A stretch of 64,000 bases of DNA from Myxococcales bacterium. GTDB taxonomy: Bacteria > Myxococcota_A > Polyangia > Polyangiales > DASUME01. The translations under genes were made by a program, and so were the position numbers. The stretch lies in NCBI GenBank assembly GCA_047601445.1, contig JASGJH010000001.1, positions 7,488,001 to 7,552,000 on the forward strand, written 5' to 3'. Below the pieces are notes generated by a model. The model had not been told where the DNA came from. It made no database searches and saw only the letters and a program-made list of their open reading frames with translations. Positions 9,801 to 21,029 of this stretch are shown here, piece by piece; the first letter of the stretch is position 1; each line of letters opens with the position of its first letter.

Positions 9801-12800
9801 CGACAAGGGCGAGGACACCGACCAGGACGGCGTGACGGACGGGCAAGACCTCGACGACGACAACGACGGCGTGCCCGATAAGCTCGAGAACACGCTCGGC
9901 GTGAGCCCGGACGGAGACGCCGACAACGACGGCGTGCCCAACTACCTGGACGCCGATGATCAGGGCAATGGCACGGCCTCCGACTGTGTCGATGCCAACA
10001 GTGACAAGCGTTGTGACAAGCCTGCCAAGGCCTTCGACTTCGATCGCGACGGGGTGCCGAATCACCTGGATCTCGACTCGGACGACGACGGCATCGCAGA
10101 TTCTGTTCGAAGCCGGCCTGATCAGCCTGGACGCCAATGGCGACGCCATGGTGGACGGAGCAGTGGGGGCCAACGGTTTGGCCGATGCGGCCGAGACCGC
10201 CGTGGACAGCGGGGTCTTTGCCTTCCAGCTGCTCGACACGGATGGCGACGGTAAGCGCGACATCGTCGACCTGGACAGCGACGGGGACGGGGTCTTCGAC
10301 CTGCTCGAGGTCGATGCGCTCGTGCCCTTCGACGCCAACCACGACGGCGTACTCGACGACGCCACCGATGCGGACGGCGACGGCATCCATGCGAGCGCCG
10401 ACAAGGACGACAAGTTCGGCTGGCCCAAGGCCGACCCGCGCGACACCGACCACGATGGCGATGGAATCCCGCGCGCCTACGATCCGGAGGACGACGGTCC
10501 CGACGCCGGCGACTCCGATCAGGATGGCAAGGACGACGCGACCGAGTGCGCGAGCGGTTGGCCCTGCGCCGACGCCGACAAGGACGGAACGCCCGATTAC
10601 ATGGGCTCCGATCCCGACCACGATGGCGTGAACTCGGACGACGATCTGGACGACGACAACGACGGCATTCTGGATAGCGTCGAGGACAGCTACCCGGACG
10701 CCGACGATGACGGCATCCCGAACCGACTCGATCTGGACTCCGACGATGACGGCATCTCCGATGCCGACGAAGCCCGCCTCGGCAGCCTCGACGCGGACCA
10801 CGATGGACGCGTGGATGGCCCGGTGGGGACGGACGGTGTGCCCGACGCTGCGCAGGAAGGCGGTGTCGACGGCGGAACCGTGCCGGCTCCCATCAACTCC
10901 GACTCGGACGAGAAGCCGGACTTCGTCGATGCGGACAGCGATGACGACGGTGCGAGCGATGCGATCGAAGCAGGCGACGGCGACCCGGCCACGCCCGCGC
11001 GCGACAGTGACGGCGACAAGGTGCCGGACTACCGCGACACGGACGACGACGGCGACGGACTCCCGAGCGACAGCGAAGGTGCGCCCGGTCAAGACAGTGA
11101 TGGTGACGGTAAGCCCGACTACCTGGACCTGGACGACGACGGCGACGGCATCCCCACGGCCAAGGAGCGCGCGGACGAGGCGGAGCTGGGTGGCGACGTG
11201 GACCACGATGGCAAGCCGGCTTATCTCGACGACGACTCGGATGGTGACGGCGTGCCCGACGTGACCGAGGGCGGCGAGAGCGACGCCAACGAGAACGGCG
11301 TGCCCGACTACCTCGATGCCGAGATGAAGATGCTCGACTCCGACGCGGACGGCATCTCGGACGACCAGGAGTGCGCGGCAGAGCCCTGCCCCGACAGCGA
11401 TGGCGACGGCATCCCCGACGTCGACGACGATGACGACGACAACGACGGGATTCCCACCGCCGACGAGGGCCCGAGTCGCGACAGCGACGGGGATGGCAAG
11501 CCCGACTATCTCGACCCCGACGACGACAACGACGGCATCCCCACCAGGGACGAACGCCCGAATGGCCATGACGTCGACACCGATGGCGACGGTGTGCCCG
11601 ACCACCTCGATCCCGACGACGATGGCGATGGCATCCCCACCAGCGATGAGCCCACGGACGAAGACGGGGACGGCATTCCGGATCGCCTGCAGCCGCCGGC
11701 CAAGCCTCACCTCCAGGGCGGTGCGCTGTGCGCGGTGCAAAACGCAGGGCAGGGCGGCAGCGGTGGTTCGCTGATGCTGCTCGGCTTGGCGCTGGCCGGC
11801 GTGCTCGGTGCGCGCCGGAGAAGGCACGGGCCGGACGCGCGGCGGTCGCTGCGCACGAAGACCGCTCGGGCCGCCAAAGTGCTCGCGGGTGCGCTCGGAC
11901 TGACCTTCGGGATGTCGATGGCGGCCCACGCACAGGTGGCGCTCGACCAGTTCAAGCCTGCTCCGCTGGCCCGTGACGGCTTCGCGCTGAGCCGGCCCGA
12001 CGTGCTGCGCAAGGGCGAATGGAACCTGATGGCGCTGGTCGACTACGCCAACGATCCGCTGGTCCTTCACTGGACGCGTCCGAAGCACGAGACCGTGGTG
12101 GTGAGCGATCAGCTCGTGGTGCACGTGTCGGCAGCCTTTGCCCTCGGCAACCGCTTCACGCTGTTCATGGGCTTGCCCGTGAACGCGATGATGGAAGGCA
12201 AGCAAGCGGGCTCCTATGCCGCCGCTCCCGAAGGCGCTGGCATCGGTGATGCGTTCATCGGCGGTCGCTTGCGGCTCGCCGGGAACCCGGAGAGTCGTGC
12301 CGCGTTGAGCGCGGAGTTCATCGCGCGCGCACCCACCGCCGAACTCGCCAATGGCAAGCAGGTGTACTCGGGCGACAAGATCGGCAGCTACGAGCCCGCC
12401 TTGATCGGAGAGGTCCGTTTCGGTCGCTTCGACATGCGGCTGCGCGTGGGGGGACGCTTTCGCGAGCAGATCCGTGTGGGTGACCTCGTGCTCGGGCAAG
12501 AGCTCGTGTACGGCGCCGGTGCGCGCCTGCGCCTGACGCGCGCCCTCTATGCCAACCTCGAGGTCTACGGTGCGGCCAACTTCGGGAACTTCGGCGACCC
12601 GGCGCACATGCCGCTCGAGCTGCTCGCAGGCCCGAAATATCAGGCACGAAATTGGGTGATCGGCGCGGCCGCAGGGCCTGGCTTGGTCGCCGGCTATGGA
12701 TCGCCGGACGTGCGCGTGGTGGGCATGATCGCCTACGCGCCTCAGGCGAAGCCGAAACCCGTGGTGCCGCCCGCTCCCAAGGACACCGACGGCGATGGTC

Positions 12801-13585
12801 TCCTGGATCCGGATGACCGTTGTCCGCTCGATCCCGAAGACAAGGACGACTTCGAAGATCAAGACGGTTGTCCGGACCTCGACGACGATCAGGACGGTGT
12901 GCTCGACACGAGCGACGCCTGTCGCCTCGATCCCGAAGACCGCGACGGCTTCGAAGACGAGAACGGCTGTCCCGACCCGGACAACGATCAGGACGGCTTC
13001 CTCGACGTGTCCGACCGCTGCCCGCTGGAGCCCGAGGACAAGGACGGCTTCGAAGATAGCGACGGCTGCCCCGAACCCGACAACGACAAGGACGGCGTGC
13101 TCGACGTGAACGACGCCTGTCCGCTCGAACCCGGCACGGTGGAGGAGAAGGGCTGCCCCAAGCAGGTCCGCCTCGATCTCGAGAGCGGTGAGCTCAGGAT
13201 CCTCAACCGCGTCGAGTTCGCCACCAACAAGGACGTGATCCTCTCGCAGAGCGAGCCGCTCCTGAGTGAAGTCCAGGCCACGCTCGCGGCCAACCCGCAG
13301 CTCACGAAGATCCGCGTGGAAGGCCATACGGACAACGTCGGCAGCGATTGTAAGAACCTCGACCTCTCCGAGCGCCGCGCCCGCAGCGTGGCCCGCTGGC
13401 TCGTCCAGCACGGCATCGAGGCCACCCGCCTCGAGTCGTGGGGCTGCGGCGAGACCCGCCCGCTCGGCACCAACGCTAGCAACGACGGTCGCCAGAAGAA
13501 CCGGCGCGTGGAGTTCCACCTCGGCGATCCCTCGCCCGAGGACGCGGAGGAGCTCAAGGGCTGCGTGCAGATTCCGGTGGAGTGA
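6877..13585 (+). CDS. Giant surface protein (~2,235 aa after removing one base at 10101-10102): lipobox, beta-propeller-like domain, TSP3/Ca-binding and MopE-like Cys repeats, internal MYXO-CTERM, second signal peptide, TraB-like beta-barrel, TSP3 repeats, OmpA C-terminal domain
   Basis: ORFs 6862-10254 and 9956-13585 join as [20 protein letters not shown], matching the internal repeat [21 protein letters not shown]-terminal [18 protein letters not shown]...NRRVEF is an OmpA peptidoglycan-binding motif. Confidence 0.85.
8836..9420 (+). repeat. Three intragenic 195-198 bp Cys-rich repeats (MopE-related/putative metal-binding type)
   Basis: DCxD....V(N/H)[14 protein letters not shown].G..[16 protein letters not shown] unit occurs three times (ATE at about 8875, 9070 and 9268) with near-identical DNA. 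Confidence 0.85.
12782..13160 (+). repeat. Thrombospondin type-3-like repeats (~33 aa) of the TraB-like module
   Basis: DxDxDG.LD..D.CPL(D/E)PED(K/R)DGFED.DGCP(D/E) repeated about 3.5 times. Confidence 0.85.
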
Positions 13586-14014
13586 GCGCGCGAGGGCTTC
13601 CTCGCTTCCTTGACGACCCATCGTCGAATGCTTCGGCCGCCGTGCGTCAGCGTGCGGCGGCCGCTGCATTTTCATGGCGCGCAGTGGCAACGCGAAGATG
13701 GTCCGAGCTAGCTCGGCGAGGTCATGCGGGAGCTCGCACGGAGCGCTACGCGTCATGGGAGAGTCTGTATCCACGTGGGCCAACGTGGGACGGAACGGCA
13801 GCGATTTGCCGTGATTTTGGCTATCGACGCGTCTTCCTTCGCGAGGTGCCGGTGGCCGATTGGCTAGCTGGGCCCCTGTCCTCCGAGTCAGTGCCACTCG
13901 CGGCGGACCTCGTCGACCATAGCAGGAGCTTCGCTGCTCGCGGTCCTCGACCATCGCCATTCAGCTCGTGCTGGGGCCGCGCAGCGCCAGGTCCAACACC
14001 ACGCTCCTGCATCC

Positions 14015-14443
14015 GTGAATGTCGTGACAGCTTACCAACGCCCTCCAATCGCAGTCCTCCTGGTGGACGATTCGCTCACCGTGCTCGCTCTCGAGCGCCT
14101 GATGCTCCGTGACGAGAACGTGGAGATCCTCACCGCTACCACGGGTCGACAGGCGCTCGACGTCGCCATGCGCCTCCGGCCAGGCCTGATCTTGCTCGAT
14201 ATCGTGATGCCCGAGATGGACGGCATCGAGTGCTGTCGCAGGCTCAAGTCGAACCCGCTCACTCAGCACATCCCCATCATCATGGTGACGACCAAGGGCA
14301 ACCAGACCATGGTGGATGCCGCCTTCAAGGCCCGCTGTGACGACTTCGTGACGAAGCCCATCGATCGCCTCGACTTCCTACAGAAGCTGCGCCGCTGGAT
14401 GCCCCGACCGTCGCGCGCGCCCGAGGGACAGTCGCACCCATGA
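14015..14443 (+). CDS. Single-domain response regulator (CheY-like)
   Basis: LLVDDS...LILLDIVMPEMDG...IIMVT...FVTKP receiver motifs. Confidence 0.9.
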   Translation: MNVVTAYQRPPIAVLLVDDSLTVLALERLMLRDENVEILTATTGRQALDVAMRLRPGLILLDIVMPEMDGIECCRRLKSNPLTQHIPIIMVTTKGNQTMVDAAFKARCDDFVTKPIDRLDFLQKLRRWMPRPSRAPEGQSHP

Positions 14444-15027
14444 CGCCCGATCGTACGGCCATGCTCAAGCTCGAGAACGCCCGGCTCTCGAAGCGTCTGA
14501 GGGAGGTGCAGGCGGAGCTCGCGCACGTACGCCGAGAGAGTGATCGGTGCATCCAACACCTCACGCGAGTCTACGTGGCCGCAGAGAGCCTGCAGCTTTC
14601 GCTGGAGCTGGAGGAAGTCCTGCGCTGCCTCAAGGAAATCGTGATCAACCTGATCGGCTCCGAGACCTTTGGCATCTACGACACGGGAGCCAAGGGACAG
14701 GCGCTCCGGCTGCTGGCGCACGAAGGGCTGGAGAGTCCGAGCGCGGTGCGCAGGGAAGGGGACGTCGCGCGCGCCCTCGACCTGGGTCAGCCCGTGATCG
14801 CGGAGGAGCGAGGGCTGACGTCGGGGGAGCCACTCGTGAGCATCCCGCTGCGCTTTCGCGCGTGCGAGCTGGGGGCGATCCTGATCTATCGGCTGGTCGA
14901 TCACAAACCCGGTCTCGACGACTTCGATCGTGAATTCATCGCGCTCTTCGCGGGGCAGGCTTCGCGCGCCTTGTACCTCTCGCGCCTGCAGGCGACGTGC
15001 GCGCACGAACAGGTGACATTGGCATGA
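14440..15027 (+). CDS. Stand-alone GAF-domain protein with N-terminal coiled coil
   Basis: LEEVL..LKEIVINLIG...IPL....ELGAILIYRL...FDREF..LFAGQA; ATGA overlaps with both neighbours. Confidence 0.8.
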   Translation: MTPDRTAMLKLENARLSKRLREVQAELAHVRRESDRCIQHLTRVYVAAESLQLSLELEEVLRCLKEIVINLIGSETFGIYDTGAKGQALRLLAHEGLESPSAVRREGDVARALDLGQPVIAEERGLTSGEPLVSIPLRFRACELGAILIYRLVDHKPGLDDFDREFIALFAGQASRALYLSRLQATCAHEQVTLA

Positions 15028-17195
15028 GACAGGAAGACGAACTGGCGACCATTCTGCCGGAGTTCATCGTTGAGGCCCGCGACAACCTGGCGCAGTTCGA
15101 GCGCGCGTTGCTCGAGCTGGAATCCGGGCGAGACGCGGCGTTGGCGCTGCAGACCCTGTTTCGTGCGGTGCACTCCATCAAGGGGAGCTGCGGCTTCTTC
15201 CACCTGGCCCAGATGGAAAGGCTTACGCATGCCGCGGAGAGCCTGCTCGACGACGTGCGCAGCGGCCGGCTGGGTGTTTCGGATGCGCTGGTCAACGCGC
15301 TCTTGAGCAGCGCCGACACGGTGCGTGTGCTGCTGCACCAAGTCGAGCGCGACGGGACAGAGGGGGCAATGGACGTCACGTCGCTGGTCTCGCACCTGCA
15401 GAACCTGGGTTCTCCATCGCGGGGCGCTAGCGACGGTGTGCCCACGGAGGACTCACCACGGGTGGCGCCCATGGGGGGCGAGGTAGCGGGACATGCGGGG
15501 CGGGACGGCAAGATCCGGGTCGATACCGCGCTGCTCGAGAGGCTGATGAACCTGGTGGGAGAGCTCGTGCTGGCCCGCAATCAGGTGGTGCAATCTGCCA
15601 CGGGCATCGAAGCGCACGCGCTGGCAGCGGCAGCCCAGCGTCTGAGCATCGTTACCTCCGAGCTTCAGGAGGTAGTCATGAAGACACGCATGCAGCCGAT
15701 CGAGCATGTCTTCAACCGCTTTCCGAGGCTCGCCCGCGATCTGGCCAAGGAGCTCGACAAGCGCATTCGGCTCGACATCGTGGGGCGCGAGACCGAGCTC
15801 GACAGGAACTTGCTCGAGACCATCCAGGATCCGCTCACGCACCTGGTGCGCAACGCCATCGCCCACGGCGTCGAGAGCCCCGAACAGCGCAGGCTCGCCG
15901 GGAAGTCCGCCGAGGGGACGGTGCTCCTGCGGGCGTTCCACCAGGGAGGCATGGTGAATATCGAGGTCTCCGACGACGGTGCTGGGATCGACTTCGAGGC
16001 GGTACGCGCGACGGCCATACGCAGAGGGATGGCCTCAGCCGACGTGCTCGGGCGCATGTCCGAGCAGGAGGTCGCGAAGCTCGTGTTCGCTGCCGGCTTC
16101 AGCACGCGACAGGACGTGACCAGTGTCGCAGGGCGCGGCGTCGGCATGGATGTGGTCAAGTCCAACGTCGAAGGCATCGGCGGCTCGGTCGAGCTCCACA
16201 CGGAGCGTGGGCGCGGTACGACCGTCAAGATCAAGATTCCGCTCACGCTCGCCATCATCCCGGCCTTGATCGTGTCGGCCGGCGGCGAGCGCTTTGCGAT
16301 TCCGCAGGCGAGCCTCTTCGAGGTGGTGCGGCTCGCCGACGGTGAGCAGCGTCGCATCGAGCTGGTGCAAAACTTCCCGGTCCTCCGGCTACGAGGCCGC
16401 ATCCTGCCGCTGGTCTACCTGGCGGATACCCTCGGAATGTCGCTTCCACGGGAGCCGGATGCTCCCCTCACCGTGATCGTGCTGCAAGCGGGCGCGCGCT
16501 CGTTCGGGCTCGTCGTGGAGGACATCCACGACACCGAGGAGATCGTGGTCAAGCCCCTGTGGAACCGCCTGAAGGGCCTGAATTGCTATGCAGGCGCCAC
16601 GATCATGGGGGACGGTCGCGTGGCGCTGATCCTCGAGCCGCTCGGTCTGGCGCAGCGGGTTGGCCTCTCCGCCAAGGGCACGCGCGATGACAAGCCGGTC
16701 GAGCCAGCGACGACCGCCGCAGCCATGGTGCAGACCGAGCAGGTGCTCGTGTGTCGGGCAGGAGGCGAACGGCTCGCCATCGAGCTCTCCAAGGTGGCGC
16801 GTCTCGAGCACCTGGCCGCGCGCAGCATCGAGCGCGCAGGGCGCGCGGAGGTCACGCAGTACCGTGGTACCATTCTTCCCTTGGTGCGCGTGGCGCAGAG
16901 GCTCGAGGAGCGCAGGCGGTTCTCGCGCGGGCCCGTCGCGCGGGAGGCGGGCGAAGTTGTAGATGACTCGGCGGTGCCCGTGGTGGTGCACTCGCAGGGC
17001 GAGCGGAGCATCGGCTTGGTGGTCGATGCCATTCTCGACATCGTGGACGTACACGTCGAGCTGCAGCGCTCCGGCGCTCGCCGCGGTGTGCGTGGGTCCA
17101 TGGTGATTCAGGGGCGCGTGACGGAATTTCTCGATATCGAAGCCATCGTCCGCGGTGCAGAACCGGGCTTCTATGGATCGGAAGCGAGGGCCTGA
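15024..17195 (+). CDS. cheA: Chemotaxis histidine kinase CheA with two C-terminal CheW-like domains
   Basis: Hpt FRAVHSIKG, dimerisation [17 protein letters not shown], HATPase [24 protein letters not shown], then two CheW domains; no evident P2. Confidence 0.95.
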   Translation: MRQEDELATILPEFIVEARDNLAQFERALLELESGRDAALALQTLFRAVHSIKGSCGFFHLAQMERLTHAAESLLDDVRSGRLGVSDALVNALLSSADTVRVLLHQVERDGTEGAMDVTSLVSHLQNLGSPSRGASDGVPTEDSPRVAPMGGEVAGHAGRDGKIRVDTALLERLMNLVGELVLARNQVVQSATGIEAHALAAAAQRLSIVTSELQEVVMKTRMQPIEHVFNRFPRLARDLAKELDKRIRLDIVGRETELDRNLLETIQDPLTHLVRNAIAHGVESPEQRRLAGKSAEGTVLLRAFHQGGMVNIEVSDDGAGIDFEAVRATAIRRGMASADVLGRMSEQEVAKLVFAAGFSTRQDVTSVAGRGVGMDVVKSNVEGIGGSVELHTERGRGTTVKIKIPLTLAIIPALIVSAGGERFAIPQASLFEVVRLADGEQRRIELVQNFPVLRLRGRILPLVYLADTLGMSLPREPDAPLTVIVLQAGARSFGLVVEDIHDTEEIVVKPLWNRLKGLNCYAGATIMGDGRVALILEPLGLAQRVGLSAKGTRDDKPVEPATTAAAMVQTEQVLVCRAGGERLAIELSKVARLEHLAARSIERAGRAEVTQYRGTILPLVRVAQRLEERRRFSRGPVAREAGEVVDDSAVPVVVHSQGERSIGLVVDAILDIVDVHVELQRSGARRGVRGSMVIQGRVTEFLDIEAIVRGAEPGFYGSEARA

Positions 17196-17197
17196 CC

Positions 17198-17671
17198 GTG
17201 GCGCGACAACTGTGCACCTTTCAGATCGCAGGCCAGCTGTTCGGCGTGGACGTCGCGCATGTCCAGGAGGTTATCCAGGATCAAGCCACCACGCGAATCC
17301 CGCTCGCACCTTCGGCGGTAGCCGGCCTGATCAACCTGCGCGGACAGATCGTGCCTGTACTCGACCTACGTCATTGCCTCGCGCTGCCGCGGGCGAGCGC
17401 CGCGCTCGGCGGCGCCAACGTCGTGCTGGCGACGGAGGCGGGGCCCGTCAGTCTCCGTGTCGACGAGATCGGGGATGTGCTCCAGGTAGGCGACGACGCC
17501 TTCGAGGCTACGCCGGAGAACCTGCGGGGACCGACCCGTGCCCTGGTTCGCGGCGTGTACAAGCTCGATCGGGCCTTGCTCCTGGTGCTGTCGACCGCGG
17601 ACGTGATCGAGCTGGCGTCGAGTGCGACGCCGAGCCCGGAATCCGACACATCTTTCGCTCTCAAGAATTAG
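17198..17671 (+). CDS. cheW: Chemotaxis coupling protein CheW
   Basis: [11 protein letters not shown]...[16 protein letters not shown]. Confidence 0.95.
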   Translation: MARQLCTFQIAGQLFGVDVAHVQEVIQDQATTRIPLAPSAVAGLINLRGQIVPVLDLRHCLALPRASAALGGANVVLATEAGPVSLRVDEIGDVLQVGDDAFEATPENLRGPTRALVRGVYKLDRALLLVLSTADVIELASSATPSPESDTSFALKN

Positions 17672-17709
17672 TTCTCCCAACAGATTTCACGCGCCACCCG
17701 AGGGCAATC

Positions 17710-19833
17710 ATGGAACGAATGACGAACAAGACAGCAAAAGGCTCCAGCGAGCGCAAGCTCCGCAATGGAAGTTCGAACGGTCACGGCAAGGCAAACGGCT
17801 CGGCAGCGAGGGCCAAGACCATCGGCAATGGCACAGATAGCCAGCGCAACGGAAAGCAGACGCGCCGAGGCGCCGAAGCAGAGGCGGAGCTGAGTGCCCT
17901 GCGGCGTGCGCTCCTCGTGGTCGAGTTCGACATGGCAGGCGTGGTCACCACCGCCAACGACAACTTCCTGTACGCCACGGGTCACTCGCTGGAGGAGCTG
18001 GTCGGCCGGCATCACCGCACGATCGCCGATCCTTCCTTCGTGGCGAGCGAGCACTACGAGCCCCTATGGTCGCACCTGCGCGGGGGACAGGCCCGCGAGG
18101 GAGAGTTTCGCTACCTCGGGAAGAACGGCAGGGAGCTGTGGCTGCGGGCGAGCTATGCGCCGGTGCTGGGCGAGGCCGGAGAGGGCCCCTCGAAGGTGAT
18201 TCTCCTGGGCACCAACATCACGGAAGAGAAGCTCAAGCTGTCCTCCGAGCTCGCCGAGCTCAAGACCCGTATCGCGATCCTGGATCGAACCAGCATCGTG
18301 TCCGAGGCTGACCTGCGCGGAAACATCACCTATATCAACGATAAATTCTGCGAGATCTCCGGTTTCACGCGCGAGGAGCTCATCGGCAAGCCGCATAGCA
18401 TCGTGCGCCACCCCGATACCCCCAAGGAGACCTTCAAGGAGCTGTGGGCCACCATCGGCCGCGGCAAGATCTTTCGCAGCGTCATCAAGAACCGCAAGAA
18501 GGACGGCTCGCCCTACTATGTCGACGCGGTCATCGCGCCCGTGCTCGGAGCGGACGGCAAGCCGAAGAAGTACATCGGCGTGCGCTACGACCTCACGGAG
18601 TCCGAGGTCGAGCGCCAGAACATGCGCGGTGTGCTCAAGGCCATCGATACGGCCTACGCCTACGCGGAGTTCGACGTCACGGGCACGTTGCTCACGGCGA
18701 ACACCAACTTCCTGCGCCTGATGGGCTACGAGCGCGAGCAGGTGGTCGGCAAGCACCACCGCATGTTCGTCGAGGCGGCTTCCGCCAGCTCCGCGGAGTA
18801 CACCCAGTTGTGGGCCGGTCTGCGCGCCGGCAACCCGCAAAACGACGTGTTCCCGCACGTGGCGAGTAGCGGCCGCAAGATGTGGCTCCAGGTCTCCTAT
18901 GCACCCGTGGTGAACGAGAAAGGGGTGGTCCAGAAGATCGTCAAGCTGGCGGCGGACGTGACCGAGCGCATGCAGGCCCAGGAGCGTGAGCGCGCCAGCG
19001 CGGCCCTGCGCGGTGTGCTCACCGACGTGTCGGTGCATTCGCAGACCTTGAGCGCGTCGGCGGCTCAGCTGACGAACGTCAGTCATCAGATGGTGGCGAC
19101 CGCGGAGGAGACGGCGGCCCAGGCCACGCAGGTGTCCGCCGCGGCCGAACAGGTCAACAAGAGCACGCAGTCGGTGGCCACAGGCATCGCCGAGATGAAC
19201 GCCAGCATCCGCGAGATCGCCAGGAACACCAACGAAGCTGCCAAGGTGGCGGGAGAAGCGGTGCAGACGGCGGCGCGGACCACCGCGACGATTACCAAGC
19301 TCGGCATGTCGAGCGCCGAGATCGGCAAGGTCATCAAGGTCATCACCTCGATCGCTCAGCAGACCAACCTGCTCGCGCTGAACGCCACCATCGAGGCAGC
19401 ACGCGCGGGCGAAGCCGGCAAGGGCTTCGCGGTGGTCGCCAACGAAGTGAAGGAGCTCGCCAAGGAGACGGCTCGAGCCACCGAGGACATCGGGATCAAG
19501 ATCGGGACCATTCAGGCGGACACGGAAGAAGCGATCTCTGCGATCGGCAACATCGGGAGCACGGTCAACCGCATCAACGACATTCAGAACTCGGTCGCCG
19601 CGTCGCTCGAAGAACAGACCGCCACGGCGGCCACCATCGTGAGGAACGTGAGCGACTCTGCCCGGGGTAGCGCGCAGATCTCCGAGAACATGTCGGCGGT
19701 GGCGGACGCGGCGCGCAACACCAACGAGGGCGCGAACTCGACGCAGCAGGCAGCTGCAAGCCTGGCGCAGATGGCCTCTTCGCTACAGCAACTCGTGAGT
19801 CGCTTCAAGACGGCCGATGGCGGCACCAACTGA
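17710..19833 (+). CDS. Soluble methyl-accepting chemotaxis protein with three PAS domains
   Basis: Three PAS/PAC units, no TM segment, signalling hairpin [37 protein letters not shown]. Confidence 0.93.
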   Translation: MERMTNKTAKGSSERKLRNGSSNGHGKANGSAARAKTIGNGTDSQRNGKQTRRGAEAEAELSALRRALLVVEFDMAGVVTTANDNFLYATGHSLEELVGRHHRTIADPSFVASEHYEPLWSHLRGGQAREGEFRYLGKNGRELWLRASYAPVLGEAGEGPSKVILLGTNITEEKLKLSSELAELKTRIAILDRTSIVSEADLRGNITYINDKFCEISGFTREELIGKPHSIVRHPDTPKETFKELWATIGRGKIFRSVIKNRKKDGSPYYVDAVIAPVLGADGKPKKYIGVRYDLTESEVERQNMRGVLKAIDTAYAYAEFDVTGTLLTANTNFLRLMGYEREQVVGKHHRMFVEAASASSAEYTQLWAGLRAGNPQNDVFPHVASSGRKMWLQVSYAPVVNEKGVVQKIVKLAADVTERMQAQERERASAALRGVLTDVSVHSQTLSASAAQLTNVSHQMVATAEETAAQATQVSAAAEQVNKSTQSVATGIAEMNASIREIARNTNEAAKVAGEAVQTAARTTATITKLGMSSAEIGKVIKVITSIAQQTNLLALNATIEAARAGEAGKGFAVVANEVKELAKETARATEDIGIKIGTIQADTEEAISAIGNIGSTVNRINDIQNSVAASLEEQTATAATIVRNVSDSARGSAQISENMSAVADAARNTNEGANSTQQAAASLAQMASSLQQLVSRFKTADGGTN

Positions 19834-19916
19834 CACGCCGACGGTAGCCAGGCCGCCTGTGCATAGCACCACGGGCGAGCCGACGCGCGTGGCTCTCCGC
19901 TCATACAAACGATTCC

Positions 19917-21029
19917 ATGAAGCTTCGTAAGCGCATTCTGGTGGTCGATGATTCGGTCGTGGTCCGACGCGCGGTCACGACCTGGCTCGCCGCCGATCCC
20001 GAGCTCTTGGTCGCGGCAACCGCCTCGACCGGGAAGCTCGCGCTCGAGCGCCTCGAGCAGACGAATCCGGACCTCGTGCTGCTCGATCTCGAGATGCCCG
20101 AGATGGACGGCTTGGAGTCCCTGCGGCGCATCCGCGCGACCCATCCGGATCTGCCGGTGCTGGTATTTTCGGCGTCCACCGAGCGCGGTGCGCTGTTGAC
20201 CCTGGACGCGCTCTCGGCCGGTGCCAGCGACTATCTCGCCAAGCCCGCGAGCATCGGCGGGAGGGCAAGTTCCAGCGACGCCGTGCGCGCCGAACTTTTG
20301 GCCAAGATCCATGCTCTGACTACGCGGGACGAACCGAAGGACGGTCCGCGGGACGAGCCCGGCCCGCAGCCCGCCTCGCAGGCTCGCGGCTCCACGCCCG
20401 CGCGAGCTGCTTCCATCGAGGCCATCGTGATCGGGGCTTCGACGGGTGGGCCCAACGCCGTACGCGATGTGCTCGCCGCGCTGCCGTCGGAGCTCGCCGC
20501 GCCCGTGTTGGTGGTGCAACACATGCCCGCCGTGTTCACGCGCATCTTTGCGGAGCGTCTGGATGCAGAACTTCCGTTCGTGGTGCGCGAGGCGGTGGCT
20601 GGAGAGCTGCTGCAGCGGGGGCAAGTGTGGATCGCGCCCGGAGATCACCACCTGGGGCTGGTGCGAGACGAGTTCGGCGTCCGCCTCGTGCTGTCCCGGG
20701 GGCCGCTCGAGAATTCCTGCCGTCCGGCCGTGGACGTGCTGTTCCGCTCTGCCGCCACCTGCTTTGGTCGCGCGGTGCTCGGCGTGGTGCTCACCGGCAT
20801 GGGCCAGGACGGCGTGCGCGGAGCGGAGACGATCCGGGCGGCCCGGGGGCAAGTGATCGTACAAGACGAGGCGAGCAGCGTGGTGTGGAGCATGCCAGGT
20901 TCGGTGGCCAAGGCGGGGCTCGCGCACGCCGTGCTGCCGCTATCCGAGATCGGTCCGGAGATCATGCGACGCGTGGGGCGCGCCCCGGATCACGCTGTGC
21001 AGCTCGCGTCCGCACGGAGCAAGCGGTGA
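19917..21029 (+). CDS. cheB: Chemotaxis methylesterase CheB
   Basis: Receiver domain plus IGASTGGP, VQHMP, RPAVDVLF, LTGMGQDG. Confidence 0.95.
   Translation: MKLRKRILVVDDSVVVRRAVTTWLAADPELLVAATASTGKLALERLEQTNPDLVLLDLEMPEMDGLESLRRIRATHPDLPVLVFSASTERGALLTLDALSAGASDYLAKPASIGGRASSSDAVRAELLAKIHALTTRDEPKDGPRDEPGPQPASQARGSTPARAASIEAIVIGASTGGPNAVRDVLAALPSELAAPVLVVQHMPAVFTRIFAERLDAELPFVVREAVAGELLQRGQVWIAPGDHHLGLVRDEFGVRLVLSRGPLENSCRPAVDVLFRSAATCFGRAVLGVVLTGMGQDGVRGAETIRAARGQVIVQDEASSVVWSMPGSVAKAGLAHAVLPLSEIGPEIMRRVGRAPDHAVQLASARSKR

Noticed and set aside
6877..11824. Naming the N-terminal half traA
   Set aside because: No recognisable PA14-like domain or TraA-type Cys repeats; only the overall architecture is analogous.
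6964..13960. Very long antisense ORFs (1,160 and 1,718 aa) opposite the giant gene
   Set aside because: Shadow frames of GAC/GGC-rich repeats in high-GC DNA; Val/Arg-rich translations with no motifs. The same applies to most other overlapping ORFs in the track.
17155..17709. Long N-terminal extensions given by the ORF track for the MCP (also CheR, AlkB fusion, acyltransferase, USPs)
   Set aside because: They overlap neighbouring genes and lack domain content; downstream starts with an RBS or stop/start coupling fit better.
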